Shown here piece after piece: positions 14,591 through 28,026 of a stretch of DNA of 64,000 nucleotides. The number at the start of each line of letters is the position of its first letter. Positions within the stretch are counted from its first letter, which is position 1. Below the pieces are notes generated by a model that was not told the origin of the DNA, ran no database searches, and saw only the letters and a list, made by a program, of their open reading frames with translations. Origin of the DNA: Eledone cirrhosa (taxonomy: Eukaryota); assembly GCA_964016885.1 (NCBI GenBank), contig OZ024741.1:296980001-297044000 (forward strand), read 5' to 3'. The translations under genes were made by a program, and so were the position numbers.

Positions 14591-17500
14591 ATGGTGTACA
14601 CAGGCAGAAGACCAATTGACCATGGATGGGCATGGGTCATTTTGTCAGGTAAATTAATAGTTTTTCACTTAATTCTTTTGTTCTTTACTAGTTTCAATCA
14701 TCATACTGTGGTCATGCTAGGGCACCACCTTACTCTTTTCCTGATTTCAGTCATCAGACTGCAGTCATGCTGGGGCACCACCTTGCTCTATCACTGGTTT
14801 CAGTCATCAGACTATGGTCATGCTGGGTGTACTGGAGCAATGTGAAATCAAGAATTTTGCTCAAGAACACAACACTCTACCCAGTCCAGGAATTGAACCC
14901 AAAACATTATGATCGTACGGTAAAGACACTTGCTTGAGATTACACGCAATGGGCTTCAACCCAAGACATTAAGATAAATTGCTTTAAAATTCATGAAAAT
15001 ATCTGAAAGAAATATTTTGAAATTTGTATACATTTTATTTTATTTGGTAAGTCTGGAAAATGGAGCAGTACCCAATAGTCCTCTGATACTGAAAAGGTCA
15101 ATGTTGTTGATGTCCTGCTTACATTGTTGTAAGTTCAATCCTTTGAGAAAAACATGAGTTAGGAGTGAGTTCTAGGGGGCCAATGTTCTGGGCATGAAGT
15201 TCAGTGTAAGATGGACTGTGCAAGACGGACTGGACATAATAGTTAATGTAAGTCATGATAGCTGGACACAATATAGATAATGAGAGGAGGAGATGAGTTA
15301 GGAGTACCCGAGTGAAGGTGGCATGAGTTCAATAAATTCTGAAGAGCAGAGACCATTGTAGTAATGATAGTAGAGGTGAGGAAGATGATAACTCTTTCAC
15401 TACCATATTTCTAATGGCTGTTTCATATGCTGTTTTTCAATTATTTTATGAAGAATTGAAAGGTGTTACTAAAAGTATTTATTATTTCATTATTAAGATC
15501 GTATTTGTAATAAATGGTTCTTATAAAAATTTATGTTGGAAGATTTTAATTTAAATAGAAACCTTTGAAATGGGTGATTTTGTTTCATAGAACTAGAACC
15601 AGTTTTGGCTGTGTTGATATTAAGAAAGTTAAATCTATTCACCAATTTCTGAGAAATAGGTTTGGAATTTGGTTAGAAGGAAACCAACTCTCTGATTTCT
15701 TTTGTTTACAGCTACAACATCATTAATGATAATCGTGGTGGGTAATGTTCGGAGTTTTGGCATATTTTTCTTGGAAATGCAGCAGATGTTTGACACATCT
15801 TCATCAACTATATCTACACTTCTCAGTATAGAACATATGTCAATATGTATATCAGGTAAGAATATAACATTTGTCAACTATATCAACAATCCAAGAGCCA
15901 CTCTCTGTAAAAGGGGAAAGTTTGACCAACAGCCTGAGGGAAGCCAATTTTCGAGTTAAAGCTCTCATTATAGAGGTTGGCTTTGTGAGCACATCTGCCT
16001 ACAATCTCATGAAACAACTTTCAATCTTTGAGAAGATGAGGACCAAAGTCCTAAAGGCAATATCAGAGGCAGCAGAAAGGATTTCAGTCGAGGAACAAAA
16101 ACTTCCTCCTTACCATTTGAGAGGCACACTAAAGGAAGTAACTCTGAGTGAGTCGTGATTTGTAGTCAGTGATACTATTGACATCTCACCGTTACTAAGT
16201 TAGAATATAGCAGTTTTGCCATAGCATGTAAAATAACTCTATCTTCTTTTTAATTTCATTTTTTTTTACTTTATTTTCTAGGAGTTCTGGCAATGAACTT
16301 CCTCATCAAATTTATTTCAATAAGAACAATTGTTCTTTGCAGTTGTGCCATGTGCTCTTTGACATTTATCTTTGATTCTGTTACTAAGAATCCAAGTTTA
16401 CTACCACTCAACCATATACTTAATGGTAAGCATCCGTTTTCTTTTAAAATTTAATGAAAGTTATTTAACTCTTAATATCATGTACCACATGAAATTGCAT
16501 TAACAAGACATTCTTAAAAAGTACAAAACAGTTTTATGATTGCATCACATCACAAATTAAAGTTTTTAGTATACTGCAAATTTTCACAATGATTTGTTCA
16601 CTTGTAAAGATACAATAAACATTTGAATTAATAAATGATCTGAAATCAAATTAGCAAGACATTCTTGAAAAATACAAAATAGCACGATGATTGCATCACA
16701 TTAAAAAGTAATGTCTTTACTCTAATACTGCAAATTTTCACAATGATCTGTCAACTAGAGGAGATACTATAAACACTTGAATTAATAAATTCGCATTTAA
16801 CTATTTTCTACCAAATCATTACAAGATATTATGAGTTATTAGATTACTAAAAAATTTAAAATAAATATCATAATGCATCTGCCATCTTTTCTGTCGGGAC
16901 TGTGAGACATGGCACATTGTGGTGGGTCCCCCATCAGTTGTGATGATGAGTGATCAACTGAAACATCAGACTCAATAAATTATAGTTGAATGTTCCATAG
17001 ATATATATACCTTTAACATAATTCTGAGGGAAATTCAGCATAACATAGTATGTCACAAAGTTGGACATTTGAATTACAGGGCTTCTGAACAGTTTCACTC
17101 ACAAAACTTGACTTGACCCAAGACTATAGAACAGATTTAATCAATTGTGCTCTCCTTAAGATAAAACATGGCACCTTCTTCTTAATTTTTAGAATTCATA
17201 ATTACCAACAAATCATCTATAGTTGTTTATTTTTCTTATTTTATTTCTCCTTCTCTTTAATACCAGGAGCTGGAGTGTCTACGATATATGGATCTTGCAT
17301 TGTTGTGCAGAGTACATATTTTCATCGTTACCTTGGCACAGCAAATGCAATATCAGCTTGTGGAGTTAGTATAGGTCAATTCACACTTCCTTATTTACTA
17401 AACTTCCTAATACTAACTTACGGAGTCCGTGGAGCTCTTCTTCTCAATGCCAGTATCTTTCTACAATGCTTTGTGTTTGCTGCCCTTCTGCGTCCAATGA

Positions 17501-18853
17501 GTTACTATGATGCAATGACTACTTCAAAACTTAAATGTTTTACAGTTATAGAGCTAGAAGTTGTAAATTCAACTGATGATGCTACAATGGAAAAACAAAC
17601 TGAGTCATTAAAAGAAAAACCTGACCACAGCAGTGAAATACTTTCCTCTTCTTATTCAGGCTCTAACAACAGAGGAGACACTTGTGGACAAAATGATAAC
17701 TTGCAATCAGTCGAATCAAGCAAATTGGCTTCACATTCGCTTTTGTCACCTCTTGTAGTGAAAGAACAAATTGATTCAAAAGACAATGGCAAATGTGATT
17801 ACTCAAAAGAAAAATCTTCTATCGAAAGCATTGCCATTAAAACACCCTTACAAGGATTGTTGGATGAACTGAGAAGAAACTGGCAAAAACTTTTGGCTGC
17901 TACAGATTTCACACTATTTAAGGAGAAAATATTTATATGTGGCTTCATTGGAGCAATTCTTGGCAATGCTGTTTCCTCTCTGCCACAAATATTATTTCCA
18001 GCTCATTCAGTAGATTTGGGACTGACCTCTAAAGAAGGGATTGTTTTTCTCACAATTTCAGGAGTAGCTGATTTTGTAGGTCGTCTGCTCATAATCAGTT
18101 TAGCTGACCGGAAGTTTGTGAATCGTGCCCGACTGCTGGGAGTTAGTCTCATGATGCATGGAATAACTGCTTGTTTTGTATCATATTACACCAATTTCTT
18201 CCTATTTGCTATGTACTGCGCCTGCTATGGACTCGTCAGTGGCATACATTTCTCACTCACCAATACAGTCATTGTAGATTTTATTGGAGCTCAAAGAATT
18301 TCAGATGCAATTGGTTTTATAATATTAGGAACAGGAATTATTGGGACTGTTGCATTTCCTGTGATAGGTTAGTATTTTCTCTTCAATAATTTTCAATTTT
18401 TATAAAGCTTTCAGGGTTGTTTTTTTTTTTTATTATTTGTACTTTTAGTGATTTCGGTCATTTAATTGTGGCTATGCTGAATCTCTGCCGTGAAGAAATT
18501 GTGATCAACTATATCGCATTGATCAACACTTGAGGATAGAGTAGAAGACACTTGTCCAAGATTCCCATTGTGGGATTGAAACCAAAACCACATGACTGTG
18601 AAGTGAACTCCTTAACCCTGTACCCATGCCAGCATCTATCATTTAACTTTTGATTGTTTGTTTTCCTTTGTAAGTAATGTTTTTTTTTTATTTTGTTCTT
18701 TTTAATTATTCCTCAGGCTACCTACGTGATGTCAGTGGTTCATATAATATCGGATTTATTCTGAATGGTGTGGGTCTCCTCATCAGTGGGGCCATGTTTC
18801 TCATGGAGGCCTTTATATCTTATCCTAAACACCAACGAAGGGCAGATATATGA
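14591..18853 (+). CDS. SLC16/monocarboxylate transporter family MFS protein, about 527 aa; exons 14591-14648, 15712-15855, 16282-16425, 17267-18367, 18717-18853
   Basis: PIDHGWAWV N-terminal motif (cf. PDGGWGW), YF.RY.G.AN, YGVRGALL, LLRP, TM8 ADFVGR, GYLRDVSGSY. All introns GT-AG phase 1; spliced length 1584 nt, open. Confidence 0.93.
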
Positions 18854-18885
18854 CAGACTGTGACCTGTAACATTCTCAAACATAA

Positions 18886-19095
18886 AGTGTGTATGTATTT
18901 TTGTATGTATATATGTATTTTTGTATGTATGTATGTATGTTTGTATGTATGTATGTTTGTATGTATGTATGTATGTTTCTATGTATGTATGTACGTATGT
19001 ATATATGTCTCTATGTATGTTTGTATGTATGTTTGTATGTATGTATATATGTTTGTATGTATGTACAGATGTATATATGTCTCTATGTATGTATG
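18886..19095. repeat. (GTAT)n-like microsatellite just downstream of the transporter stop codon
   Basis: Degenerate gtat tandem repeats. Confidence 0.9.
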
Positions 19096-19639
19096 CTTTT
19101 TCTCTTAATTTCAAGTACATTTTGACCGGCCACCTTCCTGGTGGCAAGGTTGTAAAAAAAAAAGAAGAAATTGTCATCCCTTGAATTGCAAGAATGTTTT
19201 GCAAATTTTGAAGGTGCCAGCTATCACAGCTATTTGTAGTCTATGAATTAGGGAGCTGCGCTCTTTGTCCACAAATCAAAGATCAGTTATACTTTGTTCC
19301 GAGTGGGTTGGTATATAACCTGTAGCTCCAATAAATAGCTTCAAGCACAGGCATCACTTTATCTAAATGACTTTCATGTGTGTTACATGAGCATGGACTT
19401 TTCTTTTTTTTCTTTCACTACAGCATATGCAGAAATGAATTTAAGTTTTTGGCAGGGTTAAAAGGTCATGTTCGTGACACCCGTGTATAAGAAAAATGTC
19501 AAGGGATGGCAATTCTCGAAACTGAGATGCAGGTATTATTGCCATTATTATTATCATTTTGCGCATTATCACTGCATTACCGAGCACAGCTCTGTGCGCC
19601 TTGGGTATATGTAGTGTGGTTTTTGGTAGTGTTTCTTCT

Positions 19640-20110
19640 ATTGTAAGAAAATTTTAGAGTGTATGTTTTCATTGAAAACAAGGCAAATCAGCAACAAAAT
19701 ATTAGTGCACAATTGAAGGAGAGTGGAATTAACAACGTTCCAGCAAATTCGACCATTTTTCATTGGGTGAAACAATTCAAAGATGGCAGATCATGACTTA
19801 TTGATGCTCCTCATTCTGGCCGTCCTTGCATAACCACTATTCATGCCAACATTCAACTCATTCAAAGTATCATTGATGCAGAACCAAAAGAATCATTGCA
19901 TTGCAGTGCACATGTTACTGGAATAAACAAAGAAAATTTGTTTTTGCTTCATTAGAGGAGGTAATAGATGAATCGTTGCACTGATTTCAACAATTGCCGA
20001 AAGAACGGTTCCAGAAAGATTTGAATGCTTTGCATAAGCACTGTAAAGATGTTATTGCATTCAATGAAGATATGTTTTGCAGAATAAATAAATTTTAGTT
20101 TCAATATGTT
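19640..20110 (+). mobile_element. Mariner/Tc1 transposase remnant
   Basis: FHWVKQFKDG...IDAPHSGRP mariner HTH-linker motif; stops present. Confidence 0.7.
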
Positions 20111-20134
20111 GTGCATTTTCATTTAAAGGGTTAT

Positions 20135-21390
20135 TCTAATGACTTTATTGCCATGCTAAGTATTTGTGAGTCCTGGAGTTTTGGTTATGTGTCTGTCTTC
20201 AACATCCACATTTGGGTTATTTCTATCTCTAAATCTTTATATTTGGATAGTTTCTCCATTTCCTTGGTAGAAATGTTGTCATCAGTTGAGATTGATGCAT
20301 CAATCAAGAGACATTTTTTTCTTTGTAGTCTTTGATTATAATGTCTGGTCTGTTGGTTTTGATTTCCCTGTCTGTATGTATTGGCATATCTCAGAGAATA
20401 GTTGCTTTATCATTCTCTGATACCTTTTCTGTGTGTGTTTATACAATTTTTTTGTCAGTGGGTATGTTATAGTGTTGGCATAATTTCCAATGCATATAGG
20501 TTCCTACTCTATCATGTCTGTAGATGTAGTCCTTTTTATCTAAGGCAGCCTGAGATAATGCGGTTAATGGTTTCTTCCCCACTTCCACATATTCTGCATT
20601 TACTCACTATGTTTTTTTCAATATGCATTTCAGGTGATTTCTGGTTGGGAGGCTTTGGTCTTGTGCTGCAACCAGAAATCCCTCTGTCTCAGCTTTCAGT
20701 CCAGTGCTTCGTAGCCAGTTGTGTGTGTTTTGTTTGTCTACTTCCTCTCTATTCAACTTTTTCAAGTATTGGCCACGTGAGGGATTTTCTTGCCATCTTT
20801 TTAACATGGCATTCTGAAGGTTTGTTTTTATCTTCCTCGGCTATCTGTTAATCTGGTTTCTGCTTTGAATTTATTGGCTTCCTTGAAGACCGAGTGCAAT
20901 TTTTTGTTTTGTTCATGTTGTCATCATCATCATCATCATTGTTTAACGTCCATCTTCCACGCTAGCATGGGTTAGACGGGAGTTGTGCCACTTGAGGCAA
21001 GGTTGGTCGGGTGACCGTGTCTCGCTCGTATAGGACTATCTGGCAGGCTTTCTACGGCTGGATGCCCTTCCTAACACCAACCACATTTACAGTGTAGTTA
21101 TGAAATGCCTTTTGGTATTCAATCCATGCCATGTTGAGATGTTTTTCCATGCCATGTTGATTTTCTATAGGTATATCTTGTTCCATGTTCAGTTTTTGCC
21201 TAAATTTTCTTGCTTCTTTTGTTATTGGGTGTAGTTTCTTAATTTGTTCATGCTTGAGTACAGGCATAAGCAGTTCATCTTGGGTGTGGTGGAGGTAGCG
21301 ATCCAAACCCTTTCTTGAATGTGGCTTTTGTACACTTGTCCAGTTCAAATTCCATATGGATGTCATCACTGAATTGTTTCACTGTGTATT
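20135..21390 (-). mobile_element. R4/Dong-like RLE non-LTR retrotransposon fragments, interrupted by a SINE/RTE tail at about 20920-21100
   Basis: WLRSTGLKAETEGFLVAAQDQSLPTRN, CRICGSGEETINRIISGC, PDIIIK. Confidence 0.75.
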
Positions 21391-21419
21391 ATTATTATCA
21401 TTATTATGAAATTAGAACC

Positions 21420-22435
21420 AAAATAACAGAGTAAACTTTGGAAAAACTAAAGTCTTAGTGAATAGGGAAGGAGGTGAGACACAGATGCCTTCAGGGAAGT
21501 GGCCTTGCTCGATATGTAGGAGAGGAATAGATAGTAACTCTATACAATGTACACAATGTAAATCTTTGGTGTACAAGATGTATAGTGAGATAGCAAACAA
21601 ACTAACAGAAAAGGTAGATTTTCTATGTAGCGGGTGCACAGGGATAGTTAGTAGTAAGATTATCAGTGAAATAAACTTTTTCCAATCCTAGGAAGGATCC
21701 ATAGAAGTGTTTGATAATCTCTGTTACTTAGGTGATATAATTAACAGTGGTTTAGGTTGCTCTGGATAAGAATGGGATGGTAAAAGTTCAGGGAGCTACT
21801 ACTTCTACTGACAACAAAAGGTTTCTCTCTACAAACAAAAAGCTGGCTGTATGATTCCTGTTTGAGATGAGGGGAAGAAGTTGCACCAAGAGCATAATAG
21901 TTAGAGTAAGAACAGGATGGAGGAAGATCACAGAGCTGCTACCTTAATTGACAACAAAAGGCTTCTCTCTATGGAAGAAAGGCTTGCTGCACGATGTGTG
22001 TATATGAAGTGTAATGTTACATGGCAGTGAGACATGGGCAATGAACGTAGAGTATATGTAAAGGCTGGTGAGTAATAAAGCAAGCCTTCTTTGATGGATG
22101 TACAATGTTAATATGAGTGAAAGGCAAAACATAGATGAGCTGAGAGAAAGACTGGGTTTAAGAGGTATCAGATGTAGTGTACAAGAGAGAGGACTGCACT
22201 GGTATGGACATGTGATGCATATGAATGATGATCATTAAGTACCAAGAAATCAGAGGGGAAAGAAGCTGCAGCAGAGGGAGACCAAGGAAGACCAGGACAG
22301 AATTTGTGAAAGCTGATCCCAAATTGCTGAAGCTCACAGTGGAGATGGTGAAGGATCATGATGAGTGGAAAGATGCTTTGCTGGGAAAGACCCATGAAAA
22401 CGTGGAAGAGTAGATTTAAAATGGTTATGATGATG
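21420..22435 (+). mobile_element. Degenerate RTE-clade LINE 3' fragment
   Basis: WPCSICRRG..SNSIQC, LHGSETW, L.WYGHV, GRPRKT; same family as 60300-61537. Confidence 0.85.
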
Positions 22436-22677
22436 AAGCCTGACACATTGAACATTCTTTCCCTTTTTCCATATAAACATGAAACTAATAAGACTTTTTG
22501 TATCTATTTTGTCATTTCCTTGAACTATATATATATATAACAGTGAGTGTGTTCTGTTATTAATTCTGGCAATATTACACAAATGTGACCCTCCCCAAGT
22601 ATAACAATATTTGTTTCTACACACGATTTCATATCAAAAACCTCGCAAAACTAATTCATCGCCGTTATATATATATC

Positions 22678-22937
22678 AGTGTTGAACAAAAGGGCAACGA
22701 TGGTTGCTAAACACTGTACGGCTAAATTCGGGATGTTTGTTTACAAACAAACCGAGCATTATAATAAATGTTCGGTAAATCCATACGTACATATATTTAT
22801 GTGTGTATGTATGTATATATATATATACATACTACTGTACGTCTGTATACATATATGTATGTACGTATACATACTTATATTTAAGTAACAGCCGTACTAA
22901 GAGTGAGAAATGAAATTTCGTTTCATTTTTTCCATTT
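22678..22937. repeat. Diverged inverted copy of 26797-27053
   Basis: Reverse-complement similarity over about 260 bp. Confidence 0.85.
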
Positions 22938-23029
22938 ATATATATATATATATATATATATACATGTGTGTATTTATAGGGAAACATTTTTTGTTTGAAT
23001 CACCTCATGTCAATTGCACCCTGAATTCA

Positions 23030-24230
23030 TTTTACATGAAAGCAACACAGACAAAAGTCTACTCCCCTCCAAACAGCAAATACTTTTGTTTTCTCTACCA
23101 TCACGTCGAACTTGGAGAGACAATTTCAATTGGTGTAGAGAACACTAGCCAGAAGATCAAAGAAGTGTGGGGGAAAAGCAAATACCCCTACTAAAATGAA
23201 AAAAAAAACCATCCACACTTCAATTGAGAAATTGTATAAGGAGTATCAAGAACAGAAAAAAGAAAAATCAAGGATGACTGACAAAGCAATTGCAAAGTGT
23301 GAAATTTAGAAAAGTGATCTTGAGGAAATTTTTGACATTGCAAACCAGAATGTTCTCAAATGAAAGGATGTCCCATCTGAAGACAAATCTTTCCTTGAGA
23401 CAGAGTGGAAAGATCGGATGCCTTCATTCTTGGCTGGTGTTGATGCAGAACATGTGAGAGCCATTCAGAAGGAAAGAAGATTCATGATATGGAAATAAGA
23501 AAGAGAAATCAGGATGAAGTAGTTAAGAAGATGTCCAAGAAAGTAGCTCTTAAAATTTCGTCATCCAGTTCAGCTATTAGTGATGATGATTATAAAATCT
23601 TTAAGACACACCACCACAAACATCACTGCAAATAAAGCCCACTCTTGTTGCTATGTGGGAACAGGAGAAATTATCGGTATGACAATCAAGTACTTCATAC
23701 ATCACAATTTTGAAGAGTCTTGGTCATGATGTGTCTGAACTTTCGATTTCCTCCTCAACTGTTTATCAAGCAAGAACCAGTCACTGCTATCCACTTTCCC
23801 ACTTGAAAACAAATCCTGGCAAGTCCTCCACTGGGATGAAGAAGCATTACTATTGGCTTCCCAATCTAGCACAATCAAAGATCGGATTGCAGTTTCAGTT
23901 ACAGAATAAAAGGAGAAGCTCTTAGGTGTTCCGATTGCAAGAGATGGAACCAGACAAGTTGTTGGAGTGGTTTTGAAAGAAATTCAATGACTCAAAATTG
24001 AGTATAGAATAATTGGTATGTACTTCGACATCCCCACCAGCAACACCTCAAGTACCAAGGAGCCAATACAAACATTGAAGCAGCTCTGAAAAAATCCCTC
24101 TTATGGCTGGCTTGCTGCCATCACTTTCTTGGGCTGATTTTGAAGAAAGTCTTCGAGATCTTTTTTCCTATCATCTGGTCTCAGTATCCTAATGTTTAAA
24201 ACGTTACAGGAACGTTGGGACTTTTTTCTA
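23030..24230 (+). mobile_element. Degenerate hAT (hATm-like) transposase remnant
   Basis: IGMYFDIPTSNT (cf. FDTTASNTG) and LWLACCHHFLGL (cf. LACRHHILEL). Confidence 0.65.
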
Positions 24231-26058
24231 TCTATAAGGGTATTTTATCCAATTTCCTAAGCTGTTACTTATAGTAATCGACTGTATTTGCAGCTACTTT
24301 ATGCATCTGAGACTTCTGCATTTTCTATGTATTTCATATTTCCTCAGTGTTTCGAAAGGTCGATACTTGCATACAATGTTGTATAAAGATACACATGATT
24401 ATAACAACCTTTAAACATACAATGTTGTATAAAGATACAGAAGACTATGTATGTGTTAAGTACTCGTAACTCCTGGCGGAGTCATAGGGCGCTGTAATGA
24501 CATACAGCGTTTCTTGGGTATGTTTTAAAACCTGGTGGAGCCCATCTCCTTTCCAGGTTTGAGCACGGCCAATTTCTTCCAGAGAAGGAGTGAGGAAGTG
24601 AGAAAGAGATATAGAGGAAGAATAGACCCTATAATAATAAAATGGTGCTGTTTTTGTCTAACCTCAAAAAGAAGAAAGGTGAAGTTGAACTTGGATTTGA
24701 ACTCAGAGACCCAAAAGGAATGGCCTGTTGTTTCTACTCATGCTTTCATTGGAATTAATGGCCAGGACGGATGAGGTTCCTAGAAGAAACTCAATGGCCA
24801 CCATATGTCCATGACCTCAACCTTTAAACATACAATGTTGTATAAAGATACACACACGCATGCATAGATATTTTTGGGTCCCAAATAATAAGGGAGGGGT
24901 GAATAAGCGGAGTAGTGGAAAATCGATAATTTTTCTAGGTTGTCTCCCTTGATTTTTTTAAAAACCAGAATTAATCATTTTGTTTACATAGAGACCCCAA
25001 CCCATCCTATCTATCTTATAACGTATGGGATTTCCTGTAATGTACATTTTTTGTCATGTACAATGCTTTTCAATGTGTAAAGAAAATTAATTGTCGCAAG
25101 AATACAATCACTTAAAATAAAATTTCGCCGGAGATAGATTAGCAAAATTTAATAAGCAGAGGGAGTGGAAAAAATCTGAAAAATCATTAAACGGGGAGGG
25201 GTGGAGGGTATTCGAGACCCGAGAGTATATATATAGACCATTCCACCATTATATATGCTGATACACACAAAAAGTCTTCATTGGACACGACTAAAACAAC
25301 ATTTAAATATTTGTCTGTTGGGCCAGAACAAGGAGCGTCTGCTCTAGATGTGTTGGGGTTTCTAACGATCCCCAACAACGATGATAACTCTGCAAATTAG
25401 AAAGATTTTAAAGAAAATATTCTATATATAAACGCTAAATGAAAATCAGTAATAGAAATTTAGAAAAATTGACGCCAGAGTTATCTCGCTTGCAATTATC
25501 TCCCAGCCTGCTAGAAATAGCAGCAAATATTTCTCTCTCGCCATGTTTAAAAACAATGAAGAACACATTCGAGGCTCTAGTCTTAGATACACATATAAAC
25601 ACGGGATAGTCAAGGTAGGAATGTCACTGATCATACAATAGATCTGGTCACTCAAGTATGATCTATGATAAAAAATAAACAGTAGCAATTTCCCTCGATT
25701 TAAGAAAGCCAGTGAGTCGTGATACATGGATGGCTATCTCCTATTTTTTCTGTGTACCATGAGGTTAGCATAATGCTTTTCACTTTTAATTACGGGTTTA
25801 TGTCGAGGATTATAGTTTATAATATGTATATCTACCTAAGTTGTTAAAGAAAAAGAAAAAAGGCGCTGGGGAAATGGGATTTGAATGCACAGAACCAGAT
25901 CAGACACTGACTCATTATTTTGTTTATCGCCCCCGAAAGGATGAGAGGTAAAGTTGTCCTCGGCGAGATTTTAACTCAGAGCGCTGTGAACTGGAACGAA
26001 TCCAAGGTATTTAATCCGAAAAGACTGATGATCCTGGGTGTGTGTGCAGGTGAAACTC

Positions 26059-26114
26059 CATGGTAACAAGACTCTACTTAGTCATAAGTATATATACCTC
26101 TATTCTTTTAAATA

Positions 26115-26157
<43 letters not shown>

Positions 26158-26775
26158 CGAGGGAAAAGTGGTAAGGAACCAGGTGGACCATAACGCACCA
26201 AAGTACTCAATACTTAGGGTAGTAGAGTGGGTAATAGGAACGAGTAGGACCCCGACGGCTGAGCTCAAGCCGTTTCGACGGCTAATTCTGTACTGAATGA
26301 AAAATCAGTTCTGGTATTTAAATAGCCGAACTTGTCAAGGGGCAATTCCATATATGGTCAAAGAGATAATCACTAGGATAGGTCATCCCACAAGGTAGTA
26401 GTAATTCAGCGATGGCAAGTTGGTGGGGGAGGTAGCCAAACCTGCCAGTAGGAGAAAAGGGGAGAGGGGGCGGAGTAGACCCATTCATGCGTTGGTGGTG
26501 CCAGCTACAGCTGGGTGTGAGGTAAAAGAGGAGGCAGGGGAGGGGGAGGGGAGGAGGTCAATACGGTAAGTAGAACGATGAAAATGTAAAACAGCCATCG
26601 CTGAATTACTACTACCTTGTGGGATGACCAATCCTGGTGATTATCTCTTTGACCATACATGGAATTGCCCCTTGACAAGTTCGGCTATTTAAATACCAGA
26701 ACTGATTTTTCATTCAGTACAGAATTAGCCGTCGAAACGGCTTGAGCTCAGCCGTCGGGGTCTTACTTACTCCTA
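26059..26775. mobile_element. pLTR/retrozyme-like family with inverted arms (about 26245-26417 and 26593-26763), each carrying a hammerhead
   Basis: Reverse-complement match between arms; related copies at 38752-40345 and 42115-42300. Confidence 0.8.
26668..26760 (+). ncRNA. Type I hammerhead with U3-A8 core and long stem II (mirror copy 26250-26342 minus)
   Basis: cccc-TTGACAA-gttcggcta...tagccgtc-GAAA-cggct tgagctc agccg-TC-gggg. Confidence 0.75.
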
Positions 26776-26796
26776 TATATATATATATATATATAT

Positions 26797-27236
26797 AAAC
26801 GGAAAAAATGAAACGAAGTTTCATTTCCCACTCTTAGTACGGCTGTTACTTAAATATAAGTATGTACACGTACATACATATATGTATACAGACGTACAGT
26901 AGTATGTATATATATATACATACATGCACACATATATATATGTACGTATGGATTCACCGAACATTTATTATAATGCTCGGTGTGTTTGTAAACAAACATC
27001 CCGTATTAAGCCGTAGTGTCCAGCAACCATCGTTGCTCGTTTGTTCAACACTGACAAAGGAACGCTGTACTAGTTTCAAGCTTATTAGCTATCGTCGGCA
27101 ACGTATACCTTCCTGCCAGATTGTTGAACGTATATACTTACCTTATGCATATTAACAGCTGAGAAGCCCAATTTGCATATCGAGTGGGTTAATCGGCCGG
27201 GTGCACCAAAAACGCTAAACGGAAAAAATGAAACGG
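26797..27236 (-). mobile_element. About 420-bp retrozyme-like monomer with 19-bp terminal redundancy
   Basis: aaacggaaaaaatgaaacg at both ends, flanked by (TA)n; internal hammerhead. Confidence 0.7.
27062..27104 (-). ncRNA. Type I hammerhead ribozyme (U4C)
   Basis: acgttg-CCGACGA-tagct aata agctt-GAAA-ctag-TA-cagcgt. Confidence 0.75.
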
Positions 27237-27259
27237 TATATATATATACATACGTCTGT

Positions 27260-27383
<124 letters not shown>

Positions 27384-27434
27384 GGCTTCTACAGGAATAG
27401 AAATGTTTCATTCGGAGGAAATCATCAGAAAGCC
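27384..27434 (-). ncRNA. Type I hammerhead ribozyme
   Basis: ggcttt-CTGATGA-tttc ctcc gaat-GAAA-ca...tg-TA-gaagcc. Confidence 0.85.
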
Positions 27435-27862
27435 GACTGTCAATGTAAATTTCTGGTATTTATACATTTTGTCATGGTAAGGGAAGGGTTGTGGTTTGGG
27501 AGGGGGGGGGTAGAGGTCATGGTGGGATTAAAGGATGGGGATTCTTAGAAAAAACAAAATTTATTTAGAGAAAGAAGTTTAGTGGCAAGTTGCAATTGAA
27601 ATAAACACTACCCTATTCTATAGTAGAATTTTGAACAAAAGGTATCAAGTAGTTGATCGAACATCTGTGTAAATGGTAGGTTAGTACAAGCTCACACGCC
27701 AACACACACACGCGCACAAACACACACACACACACATACGCACATAAATACATATATACACACGGACACACATACACACATGTGTATGTGTGTATGTACA
27801 TACATATACACATATACACATATACATACATATACACATATACACATATGTATATTATATAT

Positions 27863-27910
<48 letters not shown>

Positions 27911-27986
27911 TTACATACATATATACATACACATACATACATACATATATATATACACATACACACACACACACACATATATATAT

Positions 27987-28026
<40 letters not shown>

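Noticed and set aside
17113-17266. N-terminal part of the 419-aa ORF
   Set aside because: Intronic read-through; the exon starts at the acceptor at 17267.
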